A stretch of DNA of 42,481 nucleotides, taken from a virus. Lineage: Duplodnaviria; Caudoviricetes. The DNA lies in the IMG/VR virus record IMGVR_UViG_3300017655_000010, positions 1 to 42,481 of that record; one strand, 5' to 3'. Numbering within the stretch: position 1 is the first letter of the stretch; each line of letters begins with the position of its first letter. The notes under the pieces were generated by a model. It made no database searches and had not been told where the DNA came from. It worked only from the letters and a program-made list of their open reading frames with translations. Positions 17,201-26,841 of this stretch are shown piece after piece. A program made the translations under genes and the position numbers.

Positions 17201-17895
17201 TCCGCCGCAGCGCCCAGGCCGAGGCCCTCGATGACGTTCTTGAAGCGCCCCAGCGCCTCGCTGTCCTCTGGCTTGGCGGCCAGGAACTCCGTCACCGGAT
17301 TGTGGAGCGCCGGGTACTTCTCGATCAGGTTCGAGAGGCGTTCCTCGTGCGGGTCGAAGGCCACGAAGTCCGCGATGGCGCCGTGGGCGGCGGCCTTGAC
17401 CATACCGCCCACCGCGATCTCACCGACGCCAGCCCCCGCCTGGACGACCTTGGCCGCCCCGCCCGCCAGCTTGAGGATGCGCCCGGCGGGGATCAGGCCC
17501 GCCACGAACTGCGACACGTCGTTGACGATGCCGCCCGTGACGGTGCTGGCTTCCGGGGCCACGTTGGGGGCCACCGGGGTCGCCGGGTTGGACGCCATGA
17601 ACTCGTCGCTGACGAGCCCCGTAGCGCCCACCGCAGCGCGGAGCCCGGAGGCGGCGCTGTCGAGGGCCTCAGTGGCGCCCCGGACGATCTGCCCAGGGGC
17701 CTCCCGGATGCCGCCCGCGATGTCGGACGCCACGCCCCAGATAGCCTGCCCTACGCGGGTGGGCAGCCCGGAGGCCGCCCTCGCCCGATCCTGCTGGTTC
17801 GCCGCCTCCGCCAGGGTGGAGAGGAGCGCCTGCTGATCGGGCGATAGTACCAGCTCGCCCGTGGGCTGCTGCTGTTGCGTGATGCTTTCGCTCAT
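14257..17895 (-). CDS. Large internal virion (ejection) protein, gp16-like
   Basis: 1212 aa, helical, position before the fibre gene; PFIRTPTNI and GWRPYS motifs typical of these proteins. Confidence 0.8.
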   Translation of the reverse strand: MSESITQQQQPTGELVLSPDQQALLSTLAEAANQQDRARAASGLPTRVGQAIWGVASDIAGGIREAPGQIVRGATEALDSAASGLRAAVGATGLVSDEFMASNPATPVAPNVAPEASTVTGGIVNDVSQFVAGLIPAGRILKLAGGAAKVVQAGAGVGEIAVGGMVKAAAHGAIADFVAFDPHEERLSNLIEKYPALHNPVTEFLAAKPEDSEALGRFKNVIEGLGLGAAADGLIRGLGLLRAARKGDKAATAAAADELDKAAPKGGPADPVDILAQDRRAQPQPEAPTGGKAEEKVQSTAPSPDQPELDLQGGSSPHPDSPAAEVKANPTADPTPHRNAAPKLIEVDDAGLREVVQQNLRETGFGQGRSISGIRTDLIESGEDIASMMNSLRVVYREELDKAIGGKPGGGDFPVRSLEDVRKNADRLADVLGDDPDLFWQRMSSIHGTTKNLDAELLVYRDMLATVHDKTRRLAEAINDPTGTATAGYKTRVELMNQFQRHVELAANVQVAYKGIQTNVARALNSMRLPSKLDPALLKHGADAFFEGGEDAIKRMAAKVAASGDLTAFNNVVRGGWVRNAIGAVNEYWINSVLSGPKTHAVNMMSNSLTTILQPAERMIAGAVRIASPGGRKEFTEGALQYAGIAMSLVDATRTAAKALRMGDTLLDPGHLPVEQRSAITTRRLGTPSSASSIDPVSALVVDGLGTMIRMPSRFLMAEDEFFKQLTYRSRIRAEGLREGFSQYGLNVKKVAEHAEGSLRGKFDPVTGQALDDRHIRAAREVTFSSDLQAQTLTGGPTWGESLQKLAGNHPGLTLILPFIRTPTNIIRFAADRTPGLNMLRTQFRNDLLGRNGAEARGAAAAKMATGGALWATAMTYAFDGTVTGGGPADPQAKKELMQTGWRPYSFRITKEDGSVEYRAFDRLDPFGMFFGLAADMAEVSGFAGEREFEQLAMDATVALARNLQSKSYLSGLTRALGALAEPERRGERFVWGVAGSFVPSALNQLVGDDPHLREVRSIADAMRAKTPGLSQDVDPQRNILGEIIHVPPGWGPSFISPIAKGVHQGGQQPNTPEWRHTVQDNVHDEIARQLIIHGASIRPPSPEYGPVDMRDYTSPITGRSAYDRYLELTGTIKRNGRTLSESLEKVIKSDTYRNRATDGTFDHDGSRVDVLRRVLGEYRLAAMAELHREIPALRKAMRDEDFLRARTKVNR

Positions 17896-17898
17896 TCC

Positions 17899-20235
17899 TT
17901 ACCTACTGTTGGTGTTCTGCCCCTGCGCCTGGAGGAGCTTCTTCTGCTGGTCGTAGAACCGTCCCACGTCCTGCACCCCGCCCTCGATGATCCATCGGGC
18001 GATGGCGATGCCGGGTCCGCTGGTCGCGGTCGGGTTCTGTCTCCAGGAGGAGAAGGCCGTTTCCAGCTCTTGCAGGGAGCCGAACACAGCCACGCGCTGC
18101 GTGTTGACGGAGGGGTTGGGCTCGACCGTGAGGGCGGCCTTCTGCTCCTCCTGCTTGGGTGCCGGTGCGGCCCCGCTCGCCTTCCGCTCTGCGCCCTGGA
18201 GGTCCACGTCGCTGTTGAACTTCGGGACCAGCTCTTTCTGCTTCTGGCGGAGGTGCGCGATCAGCTCGGCCTGCGTTGCCGCCGGGTTCTTCCGGGCGAA
18301 CTCCGCCGCCTCCTCTCGCATGGCGTTCCCCACGGTCACGCCGATGGAGTAGTCCTTGAGGACGCCGCTGCCCTCCATGCCCGCTGCCGCCTCCTGCGTC
18401 TCGCGGATGATCTGCGTGACGGCGGAGTTGCGGAACACGTTGTCGGAGGACTGCACCTCCAGCGCCTTCTGCATCAGGCGGCGGATGGTCTGCGGGTCTT
18501 TGATGGTGACACCGAGGGCGTCCCGAACGTCCTGGATGGTGGCCTCTCCGGTGTTCACCCGCAGCTCCAGCTCCGCCACATCCCGAGTGTCCTCGGTCTG
18601 CTTCACGCCCTGGAGGCTGTCCGCGAGCTGGGAGAAGGTGCGGATCAGGCCGGGGTCCACCCGCGCCGCGATGCGGAGCTGGTCCGGGGTGAGCTTCGGG
18701 GTTTCCCCGGCGGCGAGCTGCTCCACGAGGGTCTGGGCGACACTCGACGCGAGCGTCTCCCCCGCCAGCTCCCGCGCCCGGACGTGCCGGGTGTAGGCGA
18801 TGTTCTCGTCCTGCACCCTCTTGGACAGGACGGTGTTCTTGGCGTTCTCCAGGGCGATCCGGCCCTCCGCCGTGGAGGCGAAGCCGGGGGTGCCATCGGG
18901 GCGCGGCATGAGGCCGAGGTCCGCGAAGTCCACCCGCCCGTGGCGGATCATGGCCGCCACCGTGGCCTGGGTGAGAACCTTGTTAAGGGTCCGCCCATCC
19001 ACGCCCTGCGCCCGCGCCTCGGCCTCGATGCGTTGCAGCTCGGCGGCCAGCCCGTAGGGGTTCGGCCCGGCGCCCGGAACAGGCCCCGAGGTGGAGCCCC
19101 GCGCCTGCTCGGCCAGGGAGAACACGGTACGGGCATAGCCCTGCGCCTGCTCCCCCACGCCGTTGTAGGCCGCGAGGCCGATCATGGCCTGCCGGGGATC
19201 GGTCCAGTCCTTGACGCCCGCCGCCGAGCCCCTCGCCTTGAGGTAGCGGGCCTGGAAGCGGATGGCCTTCTCGGGGTCCAGGAGGCCCTTCTCGTCAATC
19301 GGGTCGAGCCCATAGCCGGGGGCCGACGCGGTGGACGGGAGAACCTGTGCCAGCCCGATCTCGCCCTTGGAGCCGCGCTTCTTGCCGCTCAGAACGTCCG
19401 ACGCAAAGCCGCCGCTCTCGTGGTAGCCTTGGGCTATCAATAGCGCAGCCGGAACGCCCTCCTCCTTGGCGACCTTCTCGTAGACCCTGCGGATGTCGTC
19501 AGGGACCGCGAAGGCCGCATCGGTGCTGGAGGAGCCGCCCGTGCGGAGGCTGTAGGTGTCGAACGCCGCCGAGGCCGAACGGGAGAGGCTGTCCTCGTTC
19601 TGGGCGACGAGGTTCTTGACGGCGTTCTGCTGGTGGGTGCGGACGAGGGAGTGGGCTTGGTTCCGCAGCTCCTCCGCCGCCGCCGCCCGCTGGGCCGGGC
19701 TGTCCTGGAACTGGTCCAGGATGTCCTTCATGTTCCCCGTCAGCCACTTCTGGATGGCCGCAGGGTCGGCGCTCCCGGCCAGCTCGGAGCCCCAATACTC
19801 GCCGTGGAGCTGGTTGCCCTTGCGGATGACCGCTTCCCGCGCCAGCCGGTCCTCGAAGATTTGCCGGTAGAACGGGGAGCGGTCGGCCAGCGCCGGGTTG
19901 TCCTTGACGGCCTGGGACCAGGTGGACACCTGGCCCTTGATCGCAAGCGCCGTGGCGTCCGCGTCGGCGTTCTGGGCGTCCTCCTGCCGCTGCCCCTTGA
20001 ACCACAGATCGGCGGCCCCGTTGAGGATCGGAGAGAGGCCCGAGAGGGCAGCCGCGAGGCTCGCTAGGTCGTCGGAAGGCTTCGGGCGGGCGATAGGCGT
20101 GGGCGCGTTCGGGGCCACCGGGTCGGGGGCGCGAACGGGTGCCGCACGGTCCATAGGACGCCCAGGCAGCCCCGCCACCTGGGTAACGGTGGTGGTGGGG
20201 CGGAGCCGCTCGCGGTCGAAGATGGAGCCGCTCAA
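17899..20235 (-). CDS. Internal virion protein with lytic transglycosylase (SLT) domain, gp15-like position
   Basis: HESGG, GEIGLAQVLPSTA and LAAYNG transglycosylase motifs. Confidence 0.8.
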   Translation of the reverse strand: MSGSIFDRERLRPTTTVTQVAGLPGRPMDRAAPVRAPDPVAPNAPTPIARPKPSDDLASLAAALSGLSPILNGAADLWFKGQRQEDAQNADADATALAIKGQVSTWSQAVKDNPALADRSPFYRQIFEDRLAREAVIRKGNQLHGEYWGSELAGSADPAAIQKWLTGNMKDILDQFQDSPAQRAAAAEELRNQAHSLVRTHQQNAVKNLVAQNEDSLSRSASAAFDTYSLRTGGSSSTDAAFAVPDDIRRVYEKVAKEEGVPAALLIAQGYHESGGFASDVLSGKKRGSKGEIGLAQVLPSTASAPGYGLDPIDEKGLLDPEKAIRFQARYLKARGSAAGVKDWTDPRQAMIGLAAYNGVGEQAQGYARTVFSLAEQARGSTSGPVPGAGPNPYGLAAELQRIEAEARAQGVDGRTLNKVLTQATVAAMIRHGRVDFADLGLMPRPDGTPGFASTAEGRIALENAKNTVLSKRVQDENIAYTRHVRARELAGETLASSVAQTLVEQLAAGETPKLTPDQLRIAARVDPGLIRTFSQLADSLQGVKQTEDTRDVAELELRVNTGEATIQDVRDALGVTIKDPQTIRRLMQKALEVQSSDNVFRNSAVTQIIRETQEAAAGMEGSGVLKDYSIGVTVGNAMREEAAEFARKNPAATQAELIAHLRQKQKELVPKFNSDVDLQGAERKASGAAPAPKQEEQKAALTVEPNPSVNTQRVAVFGSLQELETAFSSWRQNPTATSGPGIAIARWIIEGGVQDVGRFYDQQKKLLQAQGQNTNSR

Positions 20236-20247
20236 ACGGTTTCCTCC

Positions 20248-21045
20248 TTAGCTGATGGTGAACTGGCGCGAGAGCCAGTTGCCGGTTTGGTTCAAGGTCT
20301 GCTGCATGGTCTGTCCGGTCCACGAGGAGTAGTTGGTGAACCCGGACGCGACCGCGCCGGACAGGCCCGTGATGAGCTGGCCCACGTTGGGACCTGCGAC
20401 GGGGGCCGCAGGGGCTACCGGATTGACCGGCGACGGCTCCCTGATCTGGGTGGACGGCGCGTAGGTCTTGAGCTGGATGCTGGCAAGCTGCTGGTCGCCC
20501 TGGGCGTCAATCGCGATGGCCTCCCGGTTGAGCTGCCGCAGGGAGGACGCACGGTTCATCGCCATGACGTTCAGCACCTCACCTTCTTGGCGGGTCACAT
20601 CGTTGACGATGGCGTCCACGGAGTTGCCCTCCACGCCCCGATCACGGACGGAGAGCTGGGCGCGAGCCTGGGCTCCACGGGTGCGGGTGTCCACGCCCTG
20701 CGCCACCACAGCCATGTCCTCCTCCACCTGACGGAGCATGACCTGACCCACAGCGGCGAGTGTGTTCTTCTCGACCGCCTGCCGGGCCTTCACATCGTAG
20801 CGGACCTGTCGGTTCCACTCCTCCTCGGACCAGGAGAGCATGTCGCGGGCGTAGTCGATGTCCTGCTGCCAGACCTTGTTCTGGTAGTCCAGGACTTGCA
20901 GGCGGTAGTCGTTCTGCTGGAGCGAAACCTGACGGTTGTAGGTTTTCTGCTTGTTCGCGGCGTCGCTCTGCTGCGCGTAGCTCGCGACCGTACCGGCTGC
21001 GGAGACAGCGACGGCGCCCGCCGCGAGCGTGATAACGTCACACAT
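20248..21045 (-). CDS. Internal virion protein, gp14-like
   Basis: MCD start, Ala/Gln-rich, GVEGNSVD motif, position. Confidence 0.75.
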   Translation of the reverse strand: MCDVITLAAGAVAVSAAGTVASYAQQSDAANKQKTYNRQVSLQQNDYRLQVLDYQNKVWQQDIDYARDMLSWSEEEWNRQVRYDVKARQAVEKNTLAAVGQVMLRQVEEDMAVVAQGVDTRTRGAQARAQLSVRDRGVEGNSVDAIVNDVTRQEGEVLNVMAMNRASSLRQLNREAIAIDAQGDQQLASIQLKTYAPSTQIREPSPVNPVAPAAPVAGPNVGQLITGLSGAVASGFTNYSSWTGQTMQQTLNQTGNWLSRQFTIS

Positions 21046-21511
21046 TCGGGGCCTTTCTGAAAAACGGGTGGAAGGGGAGCCGGAACGGCCCCCACGGCAC
21101 GGGCTCCATGACCATGAAGCCCGCCCACCGGAGCCACCGGACGTGCGCCGTGTTCCTCGCGTCCACCCTGTTGAAGTAGCGGTGGAAGTAGGCGTCGGGC
21201 GTCTGGACGATGCGCTGTGTATTCCGCAGGAGCCAGCGTCGGTGGGTCGTGACCAGGGCGTCAGAGCCGAGGAGCCAAGGGGCGCCGCAATGGACGCCCA
21301 TCAGTGAGGTGCAGTCGGCTGCACCAAAGAGAGCCAGCGGCTCCCCCTCCTCGACCACCGCCCAGGCCGCCTCACCGGAGGCGAGAAGGGAGCCGACAAG
21401 CCCCTCCTCGGGGGACAGGGCGCTGGCCTCCAGCTCCGCCACATCGGCGGCCCGGAGGTTCCCCGAGAGGCGTACCGCGTGGTCCTGCGTGGCGGGGATG
21501 ATGTCAGGCAT
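21038..21511 (-). CDS. gp13-like internal virion protein / acetyltransferase-like
   Basis: LRAADVAELEA, PWLLGS, NRVDARNTAHVRWLRWAGF. Confidence 0.8.
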   Translation of the reverse strand: MPDIIPATQDHAVRLSGNLRAADVAELEASALSPEEGLVGSLLASGEAAWAVVEEGEPLALFGAADCTSLMGVHCGAPWLLGSDALVTTHRRWLLRNTQRIVQTPDAYFHRYFNRVDARNTAHVRWLRWAGFMVMEPVPWGPFRLPFHPFFRKAPNV

Positions 21512-23865
21512 CAGTCCACCCTGCGGGTACGCGGCGAGTAGTCGCCTTCCCACTCCAGGTTCAGGAAGCGGGACGGCAACGGGCTATCGTTCACGAGGTC
21601 CACCTTCACGTTGAGGTTGTTGCTGCGGACAGCGAAGTCGAACTTCCCCGTCTCCAGCCCGGACTGGCCGAGGAGGGTGCGGGCGGAGCCGACAACCCGG
21701 CCCGAGAACACCTTCCAGAAGGTCCGCCGCCGGAAGGGCGTCACCTCGACGCGGAAGTAGCCGCTGTCGGTGTAGTAGAGGGACGCGGTGCCGATCTGGA
21801 GGCGGCCCTCGGTGGACGCCACGGTGCCCCCGCCGGGCGCGTTCACGCGGACCAGGAAGGGCGAGAAGGTGTGCCGCATCTCGTACTGCCGCCCCACCAC
21901 GAAGCACTCCCCTGCGGCTTCCCCAGGGAACTCGATGCGGGTGCTGGAGGGTCGCGTTGGGGTGATGACCTGACCGGCCCGGAAGCCCACCGTGTCTGCG
22001 GTGAACATGACCTGGAGCGGCCCGTCCTCGGCGTAGCCCAGCTCCACCCAGGTCTTGGCCCCGTCGAAGCCAGCCGAGGCCCACCGCGTAGAGCCGCAGA
22101 GGCGGTCCAATCGTGGGACGAAGGGGAGGCTCCCCATGGTCCGCCCAGGGTCCATGTCCATCCGCTCCAGGAACAGCCCGTCAGGCCGGGCGATCAGGAG
22201 GTAGAGGGCGCTGCGGATGAACTCGACGGCGAGGAGCCTGTCGGTCGGCGCGAAGTCCCACCGGCCCCAGCCCGACTGCACCTTCTCCTGCTGGGCGAAC
22301 TGGAACTTGTAGACCCAGAGGGAGGAGCGGTTCCCCGACGCCAGGACGGCGATCATGTTCTCGGTGGAGCTGCCCGCCATGTCCAGGATTTCGCCATGGA
22401 TGTAGTTGGGACAGTGGGCGGTGATGTCGGTGCTGTCCCCTGCCCGCGTGTTGCCGTCGATGAAGTATTCCCGGACGGACGTGAAGCCGCCGCGAGGTGC
22501 CCCGAAGTAGACGTAGGGGCCAAGCCCGATGGGCCGCGCCCGGAGGCTGGCCTCGAACTCCGTACTCTGGTTGATGGCGATGGTGGCAGGGGTGAGCGCA
22601 TCCCCCGGCGGGATGGTGAACTGCGTCTGGTCGGAGAACAGGAGCAGCGCCTCGTTGAAGGGCACCGCATGGCGGAGGTTGCTGACCTTCACATGGGACA
22701 CCGCCACGTCGATGGGGTCGGTTTCCAGGATGGTCGTCGCCGTCTCCCGCCAGAAGTCGAAGAACTCCCCGTTCTTGGAGAACAGCACTTGCTCCCCGCC
22801 GATCAGCCCCAGGCGGTTGCGGTAGAAGAACACGTCCGCGACGGGGAGGCCGATGATGCCGGGGACCGGGTTGGTGTTCTCGTCACCCGCCCTACAGTCC
22901 GACCATTGGGCCTGCCGGAAGGTGAACGAGCCGTCAGCCTCACGGACCAGGACGTGCGGCATGGTGGCCGCGTTGAACCTGATCTGCCGGGTCGGCTTCG
23001 GGATTTCCTTCCACACGCCAGCCGTCTCGGAGCCCCCGTCAACCCGGTACTCCACGAAGTAGTTGTCGTAGCGGTTGCCGGGGCTGCCCTCGATTTCGAG
23101 CTGGAAGCCCGCCACGCCACGGGTCGGTAAAAGTGCAGCCGACTGCACCTTCCCCTTGAGGGAGAGGAGGGCCTGGTCTGCGTAGCTGTCCGTGGTGGCG
23201 ATGGTGAAGTCCAGACCGTCCGGGCGGTAGATGTGCAGGGTCGAGCCGGTCTGATTGGCCTGGAACCCCTGCCCCGCCGTGTTGATGATGTTGCCGATCT
23301 GGTTGGCGATGGCCTCGGTCTTGACCGCATCGGCCCCCGTGGCGGCGGTCGTGTGGGAGGCCGTAATCGTCTGCCCATTGGTGGCCGTGACGTAGACCGT
23401 GTAGGTGGTCGAGTAGTTGCCCACGCGCACCGACACCAGGGCCTCCGGGGTGCGGTTCGGCTGGAGCGTTCCATCCATCGCCGTGACCACCGAGCGGTTC
23501 ACCAGGAAGGTGAAGTCTGCCACCGTGACGGCGGAGAAGTCGGCCCCAGAGAGGTAGCCTTTACCGTTCGGGAAGTTGACCGTGCGGGGCGAACCGTCGA
23601 AGGCGTAGACCGAGAGGTTGCCCGAGTGGACGACAACGACGTACCGCTCCGCGCTGTCGCGGTTGATGACATGGAGGAAGGTGCTGTCCGGGACGGCGCT
23701 GGAGAGCTTGGCGACGTGTTCGGTGCCGGGGCGCTTGTCCAGGCCCATCACGACGGACGGGTAGCCGTTGACGCTCTCCTCCGCCTGCGAGGCGAGCCGC
23801 AGCGCGAACGCCTGCTGGCTCACCCCGGAGATGAGGTTCGGGACGCTTCCCGAGACGAGGCTCAA
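21511..23865 (-). CDS. Tail tubular protein B (T7 gp12-like)
   Basis: SVPNLISGVSQQ, GLDKRPG, TMPHVLVR, FFYRNRLG motifs. Confidence 0.95.
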   Translation of the reverse strand: MSLVSGSVPNLISGVSQQAFALRLASQAEESVNGYPSVVMGLDKRPGTEHVAKLSSAVPDSTFLHVINRDSAERYVVVVHSGNLSVYAFDGSPRTVNFPNGKGYLSGADFSAVTVADFTFLVNRSVVTAMDGTLQPNRTPEALVSVRVGNYSTTYTVYVTATNGQTITASHTTAATGADAVKTEAIANQIGNIINTAGQGFQANQTGSTLHIYRPDGLDFTIATTDSYADQALLSLKGKVQSAALLPTRGVAGFQLEIEGSPGNRYDNYFVEYRVDGGSETAGVWKEIPKPTRQIRFNAATMPHVLVREADGSFTFRQAQWSDCRAGDENTNPVPGIIGLPVADVFFYRNRLGLIGGEQVLFSKNGEFFDFWRETATTILETDPIDVAVSHVKVSNLRHAVPFNEALLLFSDQTQFTIPPGDALTPATIAINQSTEFEASLRARPIGLGPYVYFGAPRGGFTSVREYFIDGNTRAGDSTDITAHCPNYIHGEILDMAGSSTENMIAVLASGNRSSLWVYKFQFAQQEKVQSGWGRWDFAPTDRLLAVEFIRSALYLLIARPDGLFLERMDMDPGRTMGSLPFVPRLDRLCGSTRWASAGFDGAKTWVELGYAEDGPLQVMFTADTVGFRAGQVITPTRPSSTRIEFPGEAAGECFVVGRQYEMRHTFSPFLVRVNAPGGGTVASTEGRLQIGTASLYYTDSGYFRVEVTPFRRRTFWKVFSGRVVGSARTLLGQSGLETGKFDFAVRSNNLNVKVDLVNDSPLPSRFLNLEWEGDYSPRTRRVD

Positions 23866-24464
23866 CGCCAGCCCCCGCTGATGCTCGGGCGGAAGCCCAG
23901 GACACGGGAGACGCTGTAGCTGTCGGCCATCGAGTAGTCCGCCGTCTCCGCCTCGTACTGCTGGAGCGCCACGAGGGCCATCGTCTCGTCCCGCTGGGTA
24001 AACCCGTTGCGGGCCTCAGAGCCGACTGTGCGGTCCTGGAAGATGCGCCCAGCGCGGACGGCGATGTATTGGCGGGCCGCCTGCGGGACATCCTCGAACG
24101 GCAGGAGCCGGATGATGTCGCACTTGACGGTGCGGTCGAACAGGGTGGTGTGGTTGCGCCGGTCCCACAGCCGCTTGCCCCGGATCACGGCGTCGATGGT
24201 GGTGTCCACCGGGTCCACCTGGAGGGCATCGGAGGGGACGATGATCTCCCCCGGAGCGGGGGCCGTAGGGGTCAGCGGGAAGCCCTTGTCGGTGTTCCAG
24301 GACCAGCCCCGCGTCTGCACCTCGCGGGAGGTGTCGCGGAGGAGCTGGCGGGCCATCGAGGCATCGAGGAGGCCGCTGTCCTCCAGGGTGTTCACTGGAG
24401 CCTCACCGATGACCGCCAGCATGGCGTTCACGGCCTCCAGCTCGGTCGTCAGGGAGACTTGCAT
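23862..24464 (-). CDS. Tail tubular protein A (T7 gp11-like)
   Basis: TELEAVNAMLAVIGEAPVNTL, VQTRGWSWN. Confidence 0.95.
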   Translation of the reverse strand: MQVSLTTELEAVNAMLAVIGEAPVNTLEDSGLLDASMARQLLRDTSREVQTRGWSWNTDKGFPLTPTAPAPGEIIVPSDALQVDPVDTTIDAVIRGKRLWDRRNHTTLFDRTVKCDIIRLLPFEDVPQAARQYIAVRAGRIFQDRTVGSEARNGFTQRDETMALVALQQYEAETADYSMADSYSVSRVLGFRPSISGGWR

Positions 24465-24481
24465 GGGTTCCTTTCGGGGCG

Positions 24482-24517
24482 AAAAAATGCCCCCCGCAGC
24501 GCGGGGCTACGAGGGGC
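24482..24517 (-). terminator. Tphi-like intrinsic terminator after the capsid gene
   Basis: GCCCCTCGTAGC-loop-GCTGCGGGGGGC followed by ATTTTTT. Confidence 0.8.
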
Positions 24518-24525
24518 GTTTAGGA

Positions 24526-25467
24526 TCAGGCGGACTTGGTGATCTCCACCGCGCACTCCGGACGCAGGACGCCGTGGCCCGTGGCATACTTCGCCACGAT
24601 CAGCGTGCCCTGCTTGGAGAGCTGGTATTCACCCTCCACCGCGAGGTCCATCAGCTTGAGGGTGCCGATGGCGGACGGGTGCATCACGACGCCGACCGTG
24701 TTGGTCGCGTCCACCTGGTACTTGGTGTTGCCCGTGTTGACGTTGGTGGACGGCAGGTTGTTCGACTTCACGATGTCGATGCCAGCCACCTCCCACACCT
24801 TGCCGGTGCGGATGTCGGCGCCCGCGTTGGCGCTGTAGTCACGGTTCGGGATCAGCGGGTCCGTGACCAGGGTGTAATACTGCGCGGGCTTGAGGACCAC
24901 GAAGCGGCTGTCCTCCGGGACATCCTTCTCGTCAAGCGCCTGGGCCGCCGAGAACAGGGCGGAGCGCAGGGCGCCGTTGGAGTTGGTGACGACGCCAGCG
25001 CCAGCGTTCAGCACGGTGCCGCCGGGGTTGCCGGTGATGACCGCCGAAGCGCGGGCCGCCAGGATCGCCGTCTGGAGGACGTTCTTGTCCATCTTCTTCG
25101 AGAGGGCACGAGCCACCTCGGTCGTGTAGATGGAGCGCACGTCGTAGTGGTTCATCGCCTCGTCGATGTTCGCGATGAACACGTCGGAGACGATCAGGCC
25201 GTCCAGGGTCAGGATGCGCTCGGCGTGCTTGATCGAGCGGCCAGTCAGCTCCGTGCCCGGCGTGTGGTCGTAGGCGTCCGCAATGCCGGTCGCGGGGAAC
25301 TGCGCCGACTTGCCCTCGGTGATGGTGCGGACCAGATGGCGCTCCATCATCACGTTGACGCTGGAGAAGGTCGTCAGGACTTCGCCCGCGAACTTCTGGA
25401 GGAACAGCGCGTCGGTCGCGCCGCTGCCGTTGATCTGACCGAGGCGGGACGGGTTGCTATCAGCCAT
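24526..25467 (-). CDS. Major capsid protein (T7 gp10-like)
   Basis: ALFLQKFAGEVLTTF, RTITEGKSAQFP, DEAMNHYDVRS, GHGVLRPECAV. Confidence 0.97.
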   Translation of the reverse strand: MADSNPSRLGQINGSGATDALFLQKFAGEVLTTFSSVNVMMERHLVRTITEGKSAQFPATGIADAYDHTPGTELTGRSIKHAERILTLDGLIVSDVFIANIDEAMNHYDVRSIYTTEVARALSKKMDKNVLQTAILAARASAVITGNPGGTVLNAGAGVVTNSNGALRSALFSAAQALDEKDVPEDSRFVVLKPAQYYTLVTDPLIPNRDYSANAGADIRTGKVWEVAGIDIVKSNNLPSTNVNTGNTKYQVDATNTVGVVMHPSAIGTLKLMDLAVEGEYQLSKQGTLIVAKYATGHGVLRPECAVEITKSA

Positions 25468-25706
25468 AGTGAGATTTCCTTGTGAGGGGGTTCGGATCGA
25501 ACCGTCAGTCGTCCGGGCCTCTCACCACTTCCACGCCGCAAGGTTGTCGCCCGCAGGCGGCCAGGGGGTTTGCGTGTGGGGAGAAGGATACCGGCAGCGA
25601 ACTGCCGTCGCCCTCCGATGCGCTGTGCGCGGGGAGGAGCGGCTGACGCGGCTCACACAGGAAAGGTGCAGCCGACTGCACTTTGGACAATCGGCTGCGG
25701 TTGGGG

Positions 25707-25901
25707 TTACTGCTTCGCCTTGCTGGTGATGATGCCAGCGACGATCTCGACACCCCGGTAGACCTTCGCGACGATCTCGTCGTCCTTCGGGGTCGGGGTC
25801 AGGTTGACGATCAGCTTCGCGAGGGCCTGGGTGCCCAGGATCGCGAGGAGGGCGGTGGTCACGTTGTCAGCGTCTCCTAGCCAGTGGATGATTTCGATCA
25901 C
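25707..25901 (-). CDS. Small hydrophobic protein (holin-like candidate)
   Basis: 64 aa; hydrophobic helix plus LTPTPKDD motif. Confidence 0.55.
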   Translation of the reverse strand: MIEIIHWLGDADNVTTALLAILGTQALAKLIVNLTPTPKDDEIVAKVYRGVEIVAGIITSKAKQ

Positions 25902-26710
25902 TTGGTCACTCGCACATTGAGGACCGGCTTGGCGGCGAGCTTGCGCTCCACCTCGGCACGGTACTGAGGGTCGTTGCGGTAGCGCGGATCGGACATGGCC
26001 TTGACCACCTCGGCCTGGGAGCCGAAGCCGTCCGCGCTGGGGGCCGTACCGCCGCCGATCAGGGTCGGACGGTTGCCCACCGTGGCGATGTAGCGGGAGT
26101 GCAGGCCGCGAACGGCCAGCGCCATAACCTCCACGTCGCCCTGGTTCACGGCTGCGTTGTAGGCCCGCAGCTCGCGCTCAGAGAGGTTCGACAAGGCCCA
26201 ATCGCGGACCTTGGTGAACACCTCCTCGCCGCCCACTTCCTGGAACAGGCGGGTCTTGACCTTCTCGGCAGCCGCTTCCCGGCCCTCGATCCAGCCGTCC
26301 ACGAACCCCTTCGGGAGGCCAGCCTTCGCCAGCTTCTCGTAGGTTTCGGCGGACAGCTTGCCCTTGGACAGGTACTCCTCGGCCACCTCGTCGGCGCTGA
26401 CGCCGCGCTGGGACAGGATGAAGTTGGCGTCCTCCTCGCGGAGGTTGCTCGGGTCGGGCAGATGCGGCGGGATCGGCTCGGGGGCCGTCTGCTGCTGCGG
26501 AGCTTCCGGCGCCTTCGGGGCACCACTCAGCTTCTTCTCCAGCTCGGAGTAGGCTCGCGCCAAGTCCTCCGGGCTCTTGAACTTCTCGGGCAGCCAGCCG
26601 GGCCGCTCGGAAGTCTGGCTCTCCGGTGCAGTTGACTGCACCTGTGCGGGGGCCGCAGGGGCGGCGTTCGGTGTCGCCTCGGGGGCCGGGGCGGCGGTCG
26701 CTTCGGTCAT
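25898..26710 (-). CDS. Capsid assembly scaffold (T7 gp9-like)
   Basis: RPGWLPEKFKSPEDLARAYSELEKKL, VGGEE, AMSDPRY. Confidence 0.93.
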   Translation of the reverse strand: MTEATAAPAPEATPNAAPAAPAQVQSTAPESQTSERPGWLPEKFKSPEDLARAYSELEKKLSGAPKAPEAPQQQTAPEPIPPHLPDPSNLREEDANFILSQRGVSADEVAEEYLSKGKLSAETYEKLAKAGLPKGFVDGWIEGREAAAEKVKTRLFQEVGGEEVFTKVRDWALSNLSERELRAYNAAVNQGDVEVMALAVRGLHSRYIATVGNRPTLIGGGTAPSADGFGSQAEVVKAMSDPRYRNDPQYRAEVERKLAAKPVLNVRVTK

Positions 26711-26841
26711 CAGTGATCTACCCTGCGGATGGTGGGCCAGACGGTGGGGGTGGGCTCCTCCTGCGGAGGGGCCTCGGGTTGGGGTTCGGGAGCCTGGGGT
26801 TCGACCTTCGGCTCCTCCTTGGGTTTACGCGGGCGGGCCAC
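26710..26841 (-). CDS. Small Pro/Glu-rich protein (43 aa) between portal and scaffold
   Basis: GTG start VARPRKPKEEP...IRRVDH; TGATG overlap with the scaffold start; below the ORF-track cutoff. Confidence 0.55.
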   Translation of the reverse strand: MARPRKPKEEPKVEPQAPEPQPEAPPQEEPTPTVWPTIRRVDH

